From an uncultured Chloroflexia bacterium (GTDB taxonomy: Bacteria; Chloroflexota; Limnocylindria; QHBO01): a stretch of DNA of 64,000 nucleotides. The position numbers and the translations under genes were made by a program. Every line of letters starts with the position of its first letter. The first letter of the stretch is position 1. The stretch spans positions 1,568,001 through 1,632,000 of the forward strand of contig CAWGTN010000002.1 in the NCBI GenBank assembly GCA_963825525.1, in the 5' to 3' direction. The notes below the pieces were generated by a model that had not been told where the DNA came from, did no database searches, and saw only the letters and a list, made by a program, of their open reading frames with translations. This document shows positions 53,738-63,521 of the stretch, one piece after another.

Positions 53738-55024
53738 TTATCCGCGCATTTCCTGGAGGGCCCGGTCGACCGTGGCCATGACTCGCTGTCGATCGCTCTC
53801 GACGACGACTTCGGCCGCTGACTCCCGAATGAGATCGATCTGCTGGCGGAGCGCAGCATGGCGCTTCGCCGGGACTGCCGTCGCGATCGTCTGCAGGGTT
53901 GATGCCAGCGCAATCAGGACGTCGGGGCTGGCCGCTCCGTACTGGCACAGCTGATCGAACGCGAGCCGCACCAGGTCGTCCCAGTCGTCATGAGGCACCA
54001 CCAGCCGCACGGTTCCATCGTCGTCCGCGAAGACGCGTCGCGGATGGTGGCGCCGCCCGGATGCGACCAGGATCTGGCCCAGGCGCACGATGCAGTCGGT
54101 GGCAGATGTGGGGTCGTTGATCCCGGGCGAGATCGCCTTGAGTCCCACGTCGACGAGCTGCCGAATGCCGAACGCCGCGTCCTGCTCGATCGAGCGCTGT
54201 GCCCCGAGGGACACCTGGCGCAGCAGGCGGTCGCGCAGCGCGCCCTCTGCAGCGCTGGCGGGCCAGACCGCGAAGAGTGGAGCATCCTCCTGCACCCACG
54301 AACCGAGCATCACCTCGACCCGGATAACGATCAGATGCTCCGTGGCGACCTCGTGCAGCTGCCCGAAGTCCATCAGCTGGAGATAGCCGCTGCCGTTGGC
54401 CGTCACCTTGCCCGGCTCATCCTCGGGAAGTCCGGCGGGGCCGGCGTTCTCATCGACCTCCGTCCATTCCGAGCGGACCTGCTCCGTGGTCTCGTCGGCG
54501 ATCTTGCCCACGATCGAGGAGAGCTGGATCCGGCTCGCGATGTGATGGATGAAGTACACGAACATGCCGAGTGCCACCAGTGAGAATGCGATGCCCACGC
54601 TCACCGCCACCGACGGCACAAAGGCGGCGATGCCGTCCTGCTCCGAACGGATGGAGCGCAGGACCAGGATCGAGTAGGTGAACGCGCCGATGAACGCGCC
54701 GAGCACGACCTGGCTGCTGCGATCGCTCATGAAGTTGCGGAGGACGCGCGGCGAGAGCTGCGACGAGGCGAGCTGCAGGGCCACGATCGTGATCGAGAAC
54801 GTCACCCCGGCCACCGTGATCATCGATCCGGCGATCGACGAGAGGAGCCCGCGCGCACCCTCCGCCCCGCCGCCGAACACGAGGGGGAAGCTCGCCGCGA
54901 ACTCCGGGGTGCGGCGGTCGATCGTGATCATTCCGAAGGCGAGGATGGCGCTTGCGATCACCCACAGGGACGGGATGAACCACAGGCTGTCGCGGACGGT
55001 CGTCCAGTACTTGCGGAGCGGCAT
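53738..55024 (-). CDS. DUF2254 family membrane protein
   Basis: SLWFIP, TFSITIVALQLASSQLSPR, FIHH, SGYLQ, QDAAFGIRQLVD...KAISPGINDPTSA. Confidence 0.88.
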   Translation of the reverse strand: MPLRKYWTTVRDSLWFIPSLWVIASAILAFGMITIDRRTPEFAASFPLVFGGGAEGARGLLSSIAGSMITVAGVTFSITIVALQLASSQLSPRVLRNFMSDRSSQVVLGAFIGAFTYSILVLRSIRSEQDGIAAFVPSVAVSVGIAFSLVALGMFVYFIHHIASRIQLSSIVGKIADETTEQVRSEWTEVDENAGPAGLPEDEPGKVTANGSGYLQLMDFGQLHEVATEHLIVIRVEVMLGSWVQEDAPLFAVWPASAAEGALRDRLLRQVSLGAQRSIEQDAAFGIRQLVDVGLKAISPGINDPTSATDCIVRLGQILVASGRRHHPRRVFADDDGTVRLVVPHDDWDDLVRLAFDQLCQYGAASPDVLIALASTLQTIATAVPAKRHAALRQQIDLIRESAAEVVVESDRQRVMATVDRALQEMRG

Positions 55025-55077
55025 GCGTCACCATACGCACAAACCCGACCAGCCGCGTGTCCGTCGAGGCGCTTGCC

Positions 55078-55827
55078 TCAGCCGCCCGATGCACCCGGAC
55101 TGGAACTGGGTGCGTCCGAGCCAGACGACGCCGGCCCGCTAGGGGCCGGGGAGGGCGTCGGTGCGGGCTCGCCGGGCAGCTCCTGGATCAGGGCTCGGTT
55201 GACCGCGTCATCGACGCCGATCAGGAGGAAGACGATGTCGCCGCTTGACCACGTATAGATGTGGGTGCCCGCCGCAGTCGCATTGTCCTCGGGGCGGACC
55301 CACACCAGGTTTCCCGCAACCTCGCCCGGCTCCCATGGCTCCGGATCGAGGCCGGCGATCCCGACATAGCGGCCGGCCGTGGCAAGGTACGGTTCGAGCT
55401 CGTCGGTCGCGACCGGGTCGCCGTTGACCCGCATCGCGTAGAGCGTCAGGCGCGGCTGCTCGATGTAGGCCAGGGCGAGGGACGCGAAGCGGTTTCCGAG
55501 GTCGCCGTAGGCGAGCCCGATATCCCCCGGAGTGAGCGCGAACTCGTCGAACGGGGCGACCACCACCGGGAGGCCGGCCACCTCGGTCGGGATCAGTGCT
55601 GCGAGCGCAGCGTCAGGCTCATTCGTGAATCGTGGCGTCGGTGCCGGCGTGGGCGTCGGGCTGGGGGTGGGCTGCGGTGATGCCGAAATGGATGCGGTTG
55701 CCGGGAGCTGCGTCGCGCTGGCCGGCGGGATCGTCTCCGCCGTCGAGCATGCCGACACCAGGGCGGTTGCGAGCAGGCTGGCCACCGCCCCGCGCAGGCG
55801 CAGCGAAGCGAGGCGGGAGGACGTCAT
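55078..55827 (-). CDS. Hypothetical lipoprotein
   Basis: Lipobox LVSAC followed by a Pro/Thr/Ser linker; TATCAT upstream. Confidence 0.7.
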   Translation of the reverse strand: MTSSRLASLRLRGAVASLLATALVSACSTAETIPPASATQLPATASISASPQPTPSPTPTPAPTPRFTNEPDAALAALIPTEVAGLPVVVAPFDEFALTPGDIGLAYGDLGNRFASLALAYIEQPRLTLYAMRVNGDPVATDELEPYLATAGRYVGIAGLDPEPWEPGEVAGNLVWVRPEDNATAAGTHIYTWSSGDIVFLLIGVDDAVNRALIQELPGEPAPTPSPAPSGPASSGSDAPSSSPGASGG

Positions 55828-55859
55828 CGGGCCGGCATGATACCCGACGGCCGCCCGGC

Positions 55860-58800
55860 TCAGGCCGCTCCGCGCGCCTCGGCCTTGCGATCGACGGCTC
55901 GGCGACGCCGGCCGGCGTCCGGATGCTCATCGACCGTCGCTGCCAGGGCATTCAGCACGTCTGTGCGGAATGTGGCGGGATGACGGCGGAGCGCGGCCAT
56001 CGCGTCCGAGCGTCCCAGGCCGCCGGCCACCGAGAGCTCGTCGTAGACATTCGCGATCGCCACGACATGCAGTGAGGCCGGGCCGCGCGCACGCCCAGCT
56101 CGGCGGGTACGTCGAGCGCCATCGGCGATCAGCCCACGACATCCCGCCACGAGCTTGGCCGTGCCGTGCAGCGACGTTATGGCCGACAGCTCGGCGAGCG
56201 AGCGATCGTCGAGCGCGTGGAGGCGTCCGGCGAGCTCGGTCGCGTGCTGTTCTTCGACCGAGAGTCCGACCTGGGCCGCGATGCGTGCGGCAAGCCGCCC
56301 GACCCGGTCCGCGTGACCGTCGTCGGCGGGAGTCGTCACGCCGGACAGCGCCCGCGTCACGGCCAGGACCGCGTCACGGACCGCGTCGGGTTCCTCGTGG
56401 TAGGCGCCGGACAGCTGCGTGGCCCGCTCCATCAGGTGCTCGACGGCGAGTGGGTCCTCGCCGTCACGCAGGGCCGCACTGGCGAGGTCTTCCAGGGTTC
56501 CGCGCAGATCGACGACGTCACGTGGCAGCTGATCGCTTCGAACCACCCGGTCCTCGCCGGCACGCTTGCCGAAGTAGAGCGCCACGTCGGCGGCCTCGAT
56601 GAGACTTGCGCGATCCGTCGCGCTGTCCGGCATGCCGGCAACACCGATCGTGATGGTCACCGGGTTGGGTCCGTCGGCCGTGAGGGCGTCCACGGACGCG
56701 CGAATCCGCTCGGCCACTCGCTCGGCCTCCGAGACGGTGGCACCGGGCAGGATGAGAGCGAACTCGTCGCCGCCATAGCGAAAGACCCGGTCCTCGCTGC
56801 GCGCCGCCCCATAGATCGAGGTTGCGACCTCGTACAGCAGCGCGTCGCCGGCCGGGTGCCCGTGGCGGTCGTTGTAGGACTTGAAGGCGTCGAGGTCCAT
56901 CATGAGCACGGCGAGTCGTGCATCGGTCTCCGACGTCGGGCCGCCGGACACGAGCTCATCGATGAGACGCCCAAGCTCCAGCTGGAATGCCCCGTGGTTG
57001 CCGAGGCCGGTCAGCGCATCGGTCTCGGCTCGCTGGCTGATCGCCTGGTGACGGTCCGCGTTGCGCAGGGCGATCGAGGCCTGCGCGGAGAACAGCTGGA
57101 TCACCTCGAAGTCGCTCTCGGTGAAGTGCACCTCCGAGGAGCCGATGCGGGAGATGTTGAGGGCGCCCAGCACCTCGCCGTCCACGATGAGCGGTACGAC
57201 CACCACGGCCTCCGGTTCGTCCGGAGTGCCGGGGATCTGGAGGGCTCGCGGGTCGCTCAGCGCGTCGTTGGCCAGGATCGGCTGAGCGTGCTCGACCGCC
57301 CAGCCCATGAGGCCCCTGCCGAACGGGATCATGTAGCGGCTGACCTGCTCGGCATGGAGCTCGCGTGCCAGGACGGGGACCATGGCGCCCTGAGCGTTGT
57401 CGGTGCGGTAGATGGAGAGGTTGTCGTAGGCGACCACCTCCCGGAGAGCGTCGGCGATCGTCTCGAGCACGTCTGCCTGCTCGAGGCTGCCGAGCAGGCG
57501 AGCGTTGGTTTCGAGCAGGTGGCGCTGCGACTCTGACCGGCGCGCGAGCTCCATGGACTGCGTCACCAGCTTTCCATAGGTTGTCGCGTTTGCCATCGCC
57601 TGGGCCGCGTAGCCGGCGAAGATGCTCATCGTCTGCAGGTCGCCGGTCGTGAAGCGGTTGTACCCCAGCTGGCTCAGGACGATGACGCCGATGGTTCGAC
57701 CCTCGTACAGCATCGGGACCACGAGCATCGATTCCGGAACGTCCTCCGTACCGTCGATCGTCTTGCCGCGCTCGTCGTCCATGGCGTCGTTGATGAGCAG
57801 GGGCTCCCCGTGCTCCGCCACCCAGCCGGTGAACCCCTCGCCGATCTCCACCTTGAGCAGCTCCACGGCGTTCTCGGGATCCCCTTCGAGCATCTCGCGG
57901 GTGAACGCGATGGGATCGCACATGCTTCGATCCCAGTCGACCTGGTAGATCCGGATGTCGTGGTAGTCGGCCAGGGTGCTGGCCTCCGCGACGATCGCCT
58001 CGCCGATGGCCCGGACGTCGGTCAGGCGGTTGAGTCGTGCCGAGAGGTCCTGGATCGAGCGCATGCGAGCGGCCTGGTCGGCAACCGACCGATACAGCCG
58101 CGCGTTCTGGAGTGCCACCGCCGCCTGGTCCGCAAACGCCTGGAGCAGCGCGACCTCGTCCTCGGGCCACGGGCGATCGGCGCGGTGATAGAGGCCGATG
58201 ATGCCCACGGCGCGATCGCTGGCGACCAGCGGGACGAGGCATGCGGTTCGGATGCCCTCGGCCGCGTAGACCTCGCCCATCACACCAACAGCGGGATCGC
58301 TGTCCGCGTTTCGCACCCAGTTGGACTTGCGCTCGCGGATGGCTCGCGTCCCGACGGTATTCGCGTCGGTCGACAACGTCCTCACCTTGGCCAGGAACGC
58401 CTCGCTGAGGTTGTGGTGCGCGGCAACCTGGTACGGGTGCTCGGTGTCGTCCACGATCCAGAGTCCGGCCTTATCCGCCTCGAACAGCGTCCGGGTGAGC
58501 TCGACCACGCCTCCGAGCAGCGCGGCGAGGTCGAGGGTCCCGGTGAGCTCCTTGGTGACGGACCGGAGCGCGCGGGCTCGACGAACCTCGCGCCGCGCGT
58601 GGACGATGAGCCGAGAGCTTGCCAGCGAGGTTCCGGCCATGGTCGCGAGTGCCCTCGAGAAGGCATCGGACATCCGCTCGCTCGACGTCCGGTCGATCAC
58701 GAGCACGCCGACCATGCCCTTCCTCGTGCGCAGGCCGATGACGCGGTCATGGACGGAGTCGCCGGCGTCGTCGTCAGCCCAGGTGGACGGGGGCGGGTCG

Positions 58801-59204
58801 GTGAATCCGGCGTGCGCCACCAGCTCGTTCACGTTCTCGGTGCGGAGGTACACCGCGGCGCGATTCACCTGGATCTCGGTGCGCAGCGCCTCGACCAGGG
58901 CTCGCGCCACCGACCCGGGGGCCGGTGATGCGGCGAGTCCGCTGGCGACCCGTTCGATGACGGCAAGCTCGGGATCGCGCGCGGGTCGATCGATCCCCCG
59001 TGACTCGGGCTCGATCGCGGGCGCGTCCTCGACCAGGAGGCGCTCCACGTCATCGTGTCGGAAGCGCCGATCCCCTCGCGAGTTGATGCGGTACGCCGTC
59101 AGGCGCCCGGCATCAGTCCAGGCGCGAACCGTGTTGGGGTGCACGCCGAGCAGGGATGCCGCCTGGGCCACGCTGAGCAATGCGTGCCGTCCGTCTGCCG
59201 CCAT
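55860..59204 (-). CDS. Excisionase/BldC-like HTH + 4 GAF + GGDEF diguanylate cyclase + degenerate HD-GYP
   Basis: LLSVAQAASLLGVHPNTVRAWTDAG...GDRRF; four GAF-like repeats; DALTGLGN, DLDAFKSYND..GH, RSED..RYGGDEF; C-terminal HADRV...LHAL without HD or GYP. Confidence 0.9.
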   Translation of the reverse strand: MAADGRHALLSVAQAASLLGVHPNTVRAWTDAGRLTAYRINSRGDRRFRHDDVERLLVEDAPAIEPESRGIDRPARDPELAVIERVASGLAASPAPGSVARALVEALRTEIQVNRAAVYLRTENVNELVAHAGFTDPPPSTWADDDAGDSVHDRVIGLRTRKGMVGVLVIDRTSSERMSDAFSRALATMAGTSLASSRLIVHARREVRRARALRSVTKELTGTLDLAALLGGVVELTRTLFEADKAGLWIVDDTEHPYQVAAHHNLSEAFLAKVRTLSTDANTVGTRAIRERKSNWVRNADSDPAVGVMGEVYAAEGIRTACLVPLVASDRAVGIIGLYHRADRPWPEDEVALLQAFADQAAVALQNARLYRSVADQAARMRSIQDLSARLNRLTDVRAIGEAIVAEASTLADYHDIRIYQVDWDRSMCDPIAFTREMLEGDPENAVELLKVEIGEGFTGWVAEHGEPLLINDAMDDERGKTIDGTEDVPESMLVVPMLYEGRTIGVIVLSQLGYNRFTTGDLQTMSIFAGYAAQAMANATTYGKLVTQSMELARRSESQRHLLETNARLLGSLEQADVLETIADALREVVAYDNLSIYRTDNAQGAMVPVLARELHAEQVSRYMIPFGRGLMGWAVEHAQPILANDALSDPRALQIPGTPDEPEAVVVVPLIVDGEVLGALNISRIGSSEVHFTESDFEVIQLFSAQASIALRNADRHQAISQRAETDALTGLGNHGAFQLELGRLIDELVSGGPTSETDARLAVLMMDLDAFKSYNDRHGHPAGDALLYEVATSIYGAARSEDRVFRYGGDEFALILPGATVSEAERVAERIRASVDALTADGPNPVTITIGVAGMPDSATDRASLIEAADVALYFGKRAGEDRVVRSDQLPRDVVDLRGTLEDLASAALRDGEDPLAVEHLMERATQLSGAYHEEPDAVRDAVLAVTRALSGVTTPADDGHADRVGRLAARIAAQVGLSVEEQHATELAGRLHALDDRSLAELSAITSLHGTAKLVAGCRGLIADGARRTRRAGRARGPASLHVVAIANVYDELSVAGGLGRSDAMAALRRHPATFRTDVLNALAATVDEHPDAGRRRRAVDRKAEARGAA

Positions 59205-59347
59205 TCGCGCTCCCGATTTCGGTGACGCTGCCCATCTCCATTGGTCCGAATGGAGCTTTCGGTAGGTCCCGTGCATCGGATGCTAGAAACGGGAGGTGCG
59301 TCCTGCGATCCACCGTTCGTACCAACCGAGGCCGTACCGATTGATGG

Positions 59348-60097
59348 TCAGCCGGCCAACATTGCGCTCAGGAATGCCCCGATGCCCCCGATCGCCAACA
59401 GGGCGATGGACAGGCCGAGGCCGATGATCGAGGCCGATACGAGTCGGCGACGCGGTCCCCCGAGCAGGCGCATGGCGGCGTCGAGCTCGAGGTTCGTCAC
59501 GAGGTAGCCGCCATCGGGCGGGACGAGGTCCGGTCGACCGCGGTCGTCTCGCTCGACCCGCGCCAGCACCAGGAGGCGGTCGGTGACGTTGAGGGACCGG
59601 GTGATGGCGCGGGCCTCGGTCAGGTTGCCGTGCCGCTCGGCGATGCGAGCCGCCGCGGTCGCGTGCGGCTCCTCGAGGGCATCAGGCGAACCGCGCCACA
59701 CCTGCGGAATGACGATCAGCGGCTCGGCGGCGCTCGCCGGATCCAACGGGAGCGACCCGTCGTGGTCCCACAGCTCGAACGATCGAGTCTCGCGCAGCCG
59801 CTCGACGCTGCGCCACGATCCGCCGGCAAGGACTTCCACATCCCGATGAAAGGCGACCAGGCGCTCGCCACCGCCCATCTCGAGCGGTTCGCTGCACCGG
59901 ATGCGGCCGGCCACCCGAACCGGCCGATCGTGCACCTGGCCGTCGCCGAACAGCTGTCCGACCTTCACGCCGGCCGGCCCGGCCAACCTCCGCGCCAGGC
60001 CGCCCTGGGCGCCGGTCCCGCGCAGCAGGAGGATCGAGATCACGGCGAGCACGACGCCGGACGCGACCATGGCCGCAAATGCGGCGCCCAGGGGCAT
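59348..60097 (-). CDS. Membrane protein with GIDE-like central domain
   Basis: N- and C-terminal TMs; VRVAGRIRCSEPL...W...FELWDHDG.L.LDP pattern. Confidence 0.55.
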   Translation of the reverse strand: MPLGAAFAAMVASGVVLAVISILLLRGTGAQGGLARRLAGPAGVKVGQLFGDGQVHDRPVRVAGRIRCSEPLEMGGGERLVAFHRDVEVLAGGSWRSVERLRETRSFELWDHDGSLPLDPASAAEPLIVIPQVWRGSPDALEEPHATAAARIAERHGNLTEARAITRSLNVTDRLLVLARVERDDRGRPDLVPPDGGYLVTNLELDAAMRLLGGPRRRLVSASIIGLGLSIALLAIGGIGAFLSAMLAG

Positions 60098-60100
60098 TCG

Positions 60101-60580
60101 TCAGTGATCCGCCGCTTCGGCCAGGTCCGCGACGCGACCCCCCGAGACGCGGACCAGGTCATCGGGGAGGATCGGGAAGACGGCATCCGGAAGGCCGGCG
60201 GCAGCCCACGCCAGGTCGTGCCCGAGCAGGTCCTCGTCGACCAGCACGGTCACGGGTCGCTCGTGACCAAAGGGGGGCACGCCGCCGATCGCGTAGCCGG
60301 TCGCCTCACGCGCCTCATCGCCGCTCGCGCGCCGCGCGGAGGAGCCGTCACCCGCGGATGCCAGCTTCGCCATGTCGACCCGATTGGCACCGGACACCAG
60401 CGCGATGATCGGTTGATCGTCGAGCATGAAGACGAGCGACTTGACGATCTGCCCGACCGAGCAGCCGACGGCACGCGCCGCATCCTCCGCCGTGCGGGTT
60501 CCCTCCGGATAGCGCTGTACGTCGATGGCAAGGCCCGCATTGGCGGCCGCGCTCACCACGCGGCTGATGTTTGGGTGCAT
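60101..60580 (-). CDS. YbaK/EbsC aminoacyl-tRNA deacylase family
   Basis: TRTAEDAA..VGC..GQIVKSLVF, TGYAIGGVPPFGH, WAAAG. Confidence 0.92.
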   Translation of the reverse strand: MHPNISRVVSAAANAGLAIDVQRYPEGTRTAEDAARAVGCSVGQIVKSLVFMLDDQPIIALVSGANRVDMAKLASAGDGSSARRASGDEAREATGYAIGGVPPFGHERPVTVLVDEDLLGHDLAWAAAGLPDAVFPILPDDLVRVSGGRVADLAEAADH

Positions 60581-60621
60581 CGACCGATGATAGGGCGCGT
60601 GCTAGGCTGACTGACAGTCAA

Positions 60622-60720
60622 GAGACGACAGGGGAGCGCAACAGCGCTGAGAGTGTGAACGCAACGGGCGTTCGCAGACCCTCGAACCTGATCCGGGTCA
60701 TGCCGGCGAAGGAAGTCGAT
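60622..60720 (+). ncRNA. TPP riboswitch
   Basis: AGGGGAGC...GCTGAGAG...ACCCTCGAACCTGATCCGGGTCATGCCGGCGAAGGAA, upstream of thiamine salvage genes. Confidence 0.95.
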
Positions 60721-60781
60721 GCCGCGCGACGCGTGCGCCTCCCGGTCGTTTCCGAACACGAGGACGACGAGGCGTGGTGCG

Positions 60782-61453
60782 GTGAGCGATGCGGGACACG
60801 TGGTGGTGGTGGCCTCCGGCGATGTCGATGAGGCCGATCTTGCATGGCTCGACGGCGCCCGGCTGGTGATCGCGGCCGATGGTGGTGCCGAGACACTCCA
60901 TCGGCATGGACGCCGGCCGGATGTGCTGGTGGGCGACCTGGATTCGACGAGCCCGGACCTCGTATCACGGCTGCGATCAGCCGGGACACGGATCGAGGCG
61001 CATCCCGTCGACAAGGAGGCGTCCGACACGGAGCTCGCGATCGCGGCGGCGTTCCGCGACCAGCCGGCGGAGACGTCGGTCCGCGTGCTGGGAGCCGTTG
61101 GCGGGCCTCGTCTCGACCACGAGCTGGCGAACATGCTCCTGCTGGCGGACCGTGCCTACGCGGGTCGCGACCTCCAGATCGTGCATCGCGGCACGACGGT
61201 CCGGGCCGTCCACGCGGGGACCGAGGCCACGCTGGATGGTCCGCCGGGATCGCTCGTCACGCTGCTGCCCGTGGTCGGTGACGCGACCGGCGTCGAGACT
61301 CGCGGGCTGCGCTGGGAGCTCCACGACGCCGTGCTCGCCACCGGCAGATCGCGCGGCCTGTCCAACCAGGTCATTCGCGCGCCGGCCTCGGTCGGCGTTG
61401 CCGGCGGCACGCTATTGATCATCGAGACACCAGACGAGGAGCACCCGAGATGA
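60782..61453 (+). CDS. thiN: Thiamine pyrophosphokinase
   Basis: IAADGG, GDLDS, DKEASDTELA, GAVGGPRLDHELAN, GLRWEL, GLSN. Confidence 0.92.
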   Translation: MSDAGHVVVVASGDVDEADLAWLDGARLVIAADGGAETLHRHGRRPDVLVGDLDSTSPDLVSRLRSAGTRIEAHPVDKEASDTELAIAAAFRDQPAETSVRVLGAVGGPRLDHELANMLLLADRAYAGRDLQIVHRGTTVRAVHAGTEATLDGPPGSLVTLLPVVGDATGVETRGLRWELHDAVLATGRSRGLSNQVIRAPASVGVAGGTLLIIETPDEEHPR

Positions 61454-62034
61454 CAACCAGGCATGGAGAAGAGACCGGCTGGCGGATCGTGGACATCGTG
61501 GTGGCAGCCGTGGTCGCCGTCACCTTCGGCGTTGTGTTCCAGGCATGGAACGTCCTGTGGGAGACGACGACGTTCGTCGCGCCTCCCATCCGAGGGCTGG
61601 TGTATGGGGTCTGGATGATTCCCGCCGTGCTCGTCCCGCTCATCGTGCGGAGGCCAGGGGCCGCGCTCCTCGGCGAGACGGTGGCCGCCATCGCATCGAT
61701 GCTGTTCGGAGCGCAATGGGGACTGCTGACCGTGGTCTACGGCCTGGCGCAGGGGGCCGCAGCCGAGCTCGTCTTCGCCTTCGGCCTGTACCGGGTGTGG
61801 TCGCTGCCCGTTGCGCTCGGCGCGGGGGCTGCCGCCGGGCTCGCGGGCGCGCTTCTGGACCTCGCCTTCTTCTATGCCGACTGGTCGGGAGATTGGCAGC
61901 TGCTGTACGTGGGGCTCGTCACGGCGAGCGCCGCGGTCGTGGCCGGCCTCGGTTCGTGGGTGCTGGTGCGCGGCCTCGTGGCGACCGGCGTCCTCAGCGA
62001 GTTCGAGGTCGGGCGAGAGCAGGGCGAGATCTGA
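61450..62034 (+). CDS. ykoE: ECF transporter S component (YkoE, thiamine/HMP)
   Basis: WRIVDIVV, GVW, IVRRPGAA, GLAQG..AELVF. Confidence 0.88.
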   Translation: MTTRHGEETGWRIVDIVVAAVVAVTFGVVFQAWNVLWETTTFVAPPIRGLVYGVWMIPAVLVPLIVRRPGAALLGETVAAIASMLFGAQWGLLTVVYGLAQGAAAELVFAFGLYRVWSLPVALGAGAAAGLAGALLDLAFFYADWSGDWQLLYVGLVTASAAVVAGLGSWVLVRGLVATGVLSEFEVGREQGEI

Positions 62035-62057
62035 CGCCGGCCGCCCACAATGCGCCG

Positions 62058-63521
62058 ATGACGGCGGAGCGCCGGCCGGCGCGAATCGAGGCCCGGGGAT
62101 GGGGCATGCGGCACGCCGGGCGTCGGGGCTGGGCGATCCGTGGCCTCGACCTGACCGTCGAGGCTGGCGAGCGCGTCCTTCTGCTCGGTGCGTCGGGAGC
62201 CGGCAAGTCGACCCTGTTGCGGGCGATTGCCGGCCTGGTGGACCCGCGCGGAGGGAGCGAGTCCGAGGGACATCTGGTCGTCGATGGGCAGGATCCGCGG
62301 ACCGCCCGGGACCGGAGCGGGCTCCTGTTCCAGGATCCGGAATCGCAGATCGTCCTGGGGCGCGCCGGTGATGACGTGGCGTTCGGACTCGAGAATCGGT
62401 GCGTTGCGGCCGAGCTCATCTGGCCACGCGTCGCGGCGGCGCTCGAGGCCGTCGACTTCCCGTATGGGCTCGACCGTGCGACCCACGCTCTCTCCGGCGG
62501 GGAGCAGCAACGCCTTGCGCTGGCGGGCACGCTGGCGCTCCAGCCCGGGCTGCTGCTCCTCGACGAGCCGACCGCCAGCATCGATCCGGCCGGCGCGGCG
62601 GACATGCGCAGCCTGCTCGCCGCCGTGCTGGACCGGACCGGCGCCACGCTCGTACTGGTCGAGCACCGCGTCGACGAGGTGCTGGACCTGGTCGACCGGG
62701 TGGTGGTGATCGAGGCCGGCGAAGGTGTGATTGCGGACGGCCGCCCGCGCGAGGTCTTCCGGGAGCAGGGATCGGCGTTGGCGGAAGCCGGCGTCTGGGT
62801 TCCCGACCGACCCCCGGCAGGACCGCCCCGGCGCGACCGACCGGGCGCCGAGACCCTCGTCATGGCCGAGCGAGCGACCTATCGCTACCGCGGCGCCACG
62901 GTCGACGCCCTCCCGCCGTCGGACGTTGCGCTTCGATCATCCGAGGCAGTGGCCATCACCGGTCGCAACGGCAGCGGCAAGTCGACGCTCGCCCTGCTGC
63001 TCGCCGGGCTCGCTCCAGCGCGCAGCGGCCGGGTGATCTCGGGCGAGGCGCTTGCGCCCGGCCGTGGCCACGAGGCGATCGCTCGATGGCGCTCTCGCGA
63101 GCTGGTGAAGAGCATCGGGACGGTCTTCCAGCACCCCGAGCACCAGTTCCTCACCGGGTCGGTGCGGGACGAGCTGCTCCTCGGACCGCGTCGCGCCGGC
63201 CTCGGATCCGCCGCGGCGAAGCGACGGGTGGATGAGCTGCTGGAACGCCTCGGGCTGACGCACCTGGCGGCAGCCAACCCGTTCACGCTCTCGGGCGGTG
63301 AGCAACGCCGGCTGTCGGTCGCCACCGCCCTGGCCACCGCTCCTCGCCTGCTGATCCTGGACGAACCGACCTTTGGGCAGGACCGACGAACATGGGGGGA
63401 GCTGCTCCACCTCCTGGCCGGCCTGCGTGACACCGGACGCGGAATCGCATTCGTCACCCACGATCAGCCGTTCATCCACGCCCTGGCCGACCGGACGCTG
63501 CGGCTCGGAGACACGTCGTGA
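62058..63521 (+). CDS. ykoD: ECF transporter tandem ATPase (YkoD-like)
   Basis: Two NBDs: GASGAGKST/LSGGEQQR/LDEPT and GRNGSGKST/LSGGEQRR/LDEPTFGQD. Confidence 0.9.
   Translation: MTAERRPARIEARGWGMRHAGRRGWAIRGLDLTVEAGERVLLLGASGAGKSTLLRAIAGLVDPRGGSESEGHLVVDGQDPRTARDRSGLLFQDPESQIVLGRAGDDVAFGLENRCVAAELIWPRVAAALEAVDFPYGLDRATHALSGGEQQRLALAGTLALQPGLLLLDEPTASIDPAGAADMRSLLAAVLDRTGATLVLVEHRVDEVLDLVDRVVVIEAGEGVIADGRPREVFREQGSALAEAGVWVPDRPPAGPPRRDRPGAETLVMAERATYRYRGATVDALPPSDVALRSSEAVAITGRNGSGKSTLALLLAGLAPARSGRVISGEALAPGRGHEAIARWRSRELVKSIGTVFQHPEHQFLTGSVRDELLLGPRRAGLGSAAAKRRVDELLERLGLTHLAAANPFTLSGGEQRRLSVATALATAPRLLILDEPTFGQDRRTWGELLHLLAGLRDTGRGIAFVTHDQPFIHALADRTLRLGDTS

Noticed and set aside
51769-53948. 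Extended N-termini in track ORFs 51769-53106 and 52647-53948 (similarly 30173, 8370, 9007, 46075, 61545)
   Set aside because: The extensions overlap neighbouring real genes and lack family motifs; starts were reassigned using SD or -10 signals.
59205-59347. c-di-GMP riboswitch upstream of the GGDEF gene
   Set aside because: Only a short hairpin (CTCCATT/AATGGAG) is visible. I could not match the GEMM-I or class II consensus by eye; an Infernal/Rfam scan would settle it.
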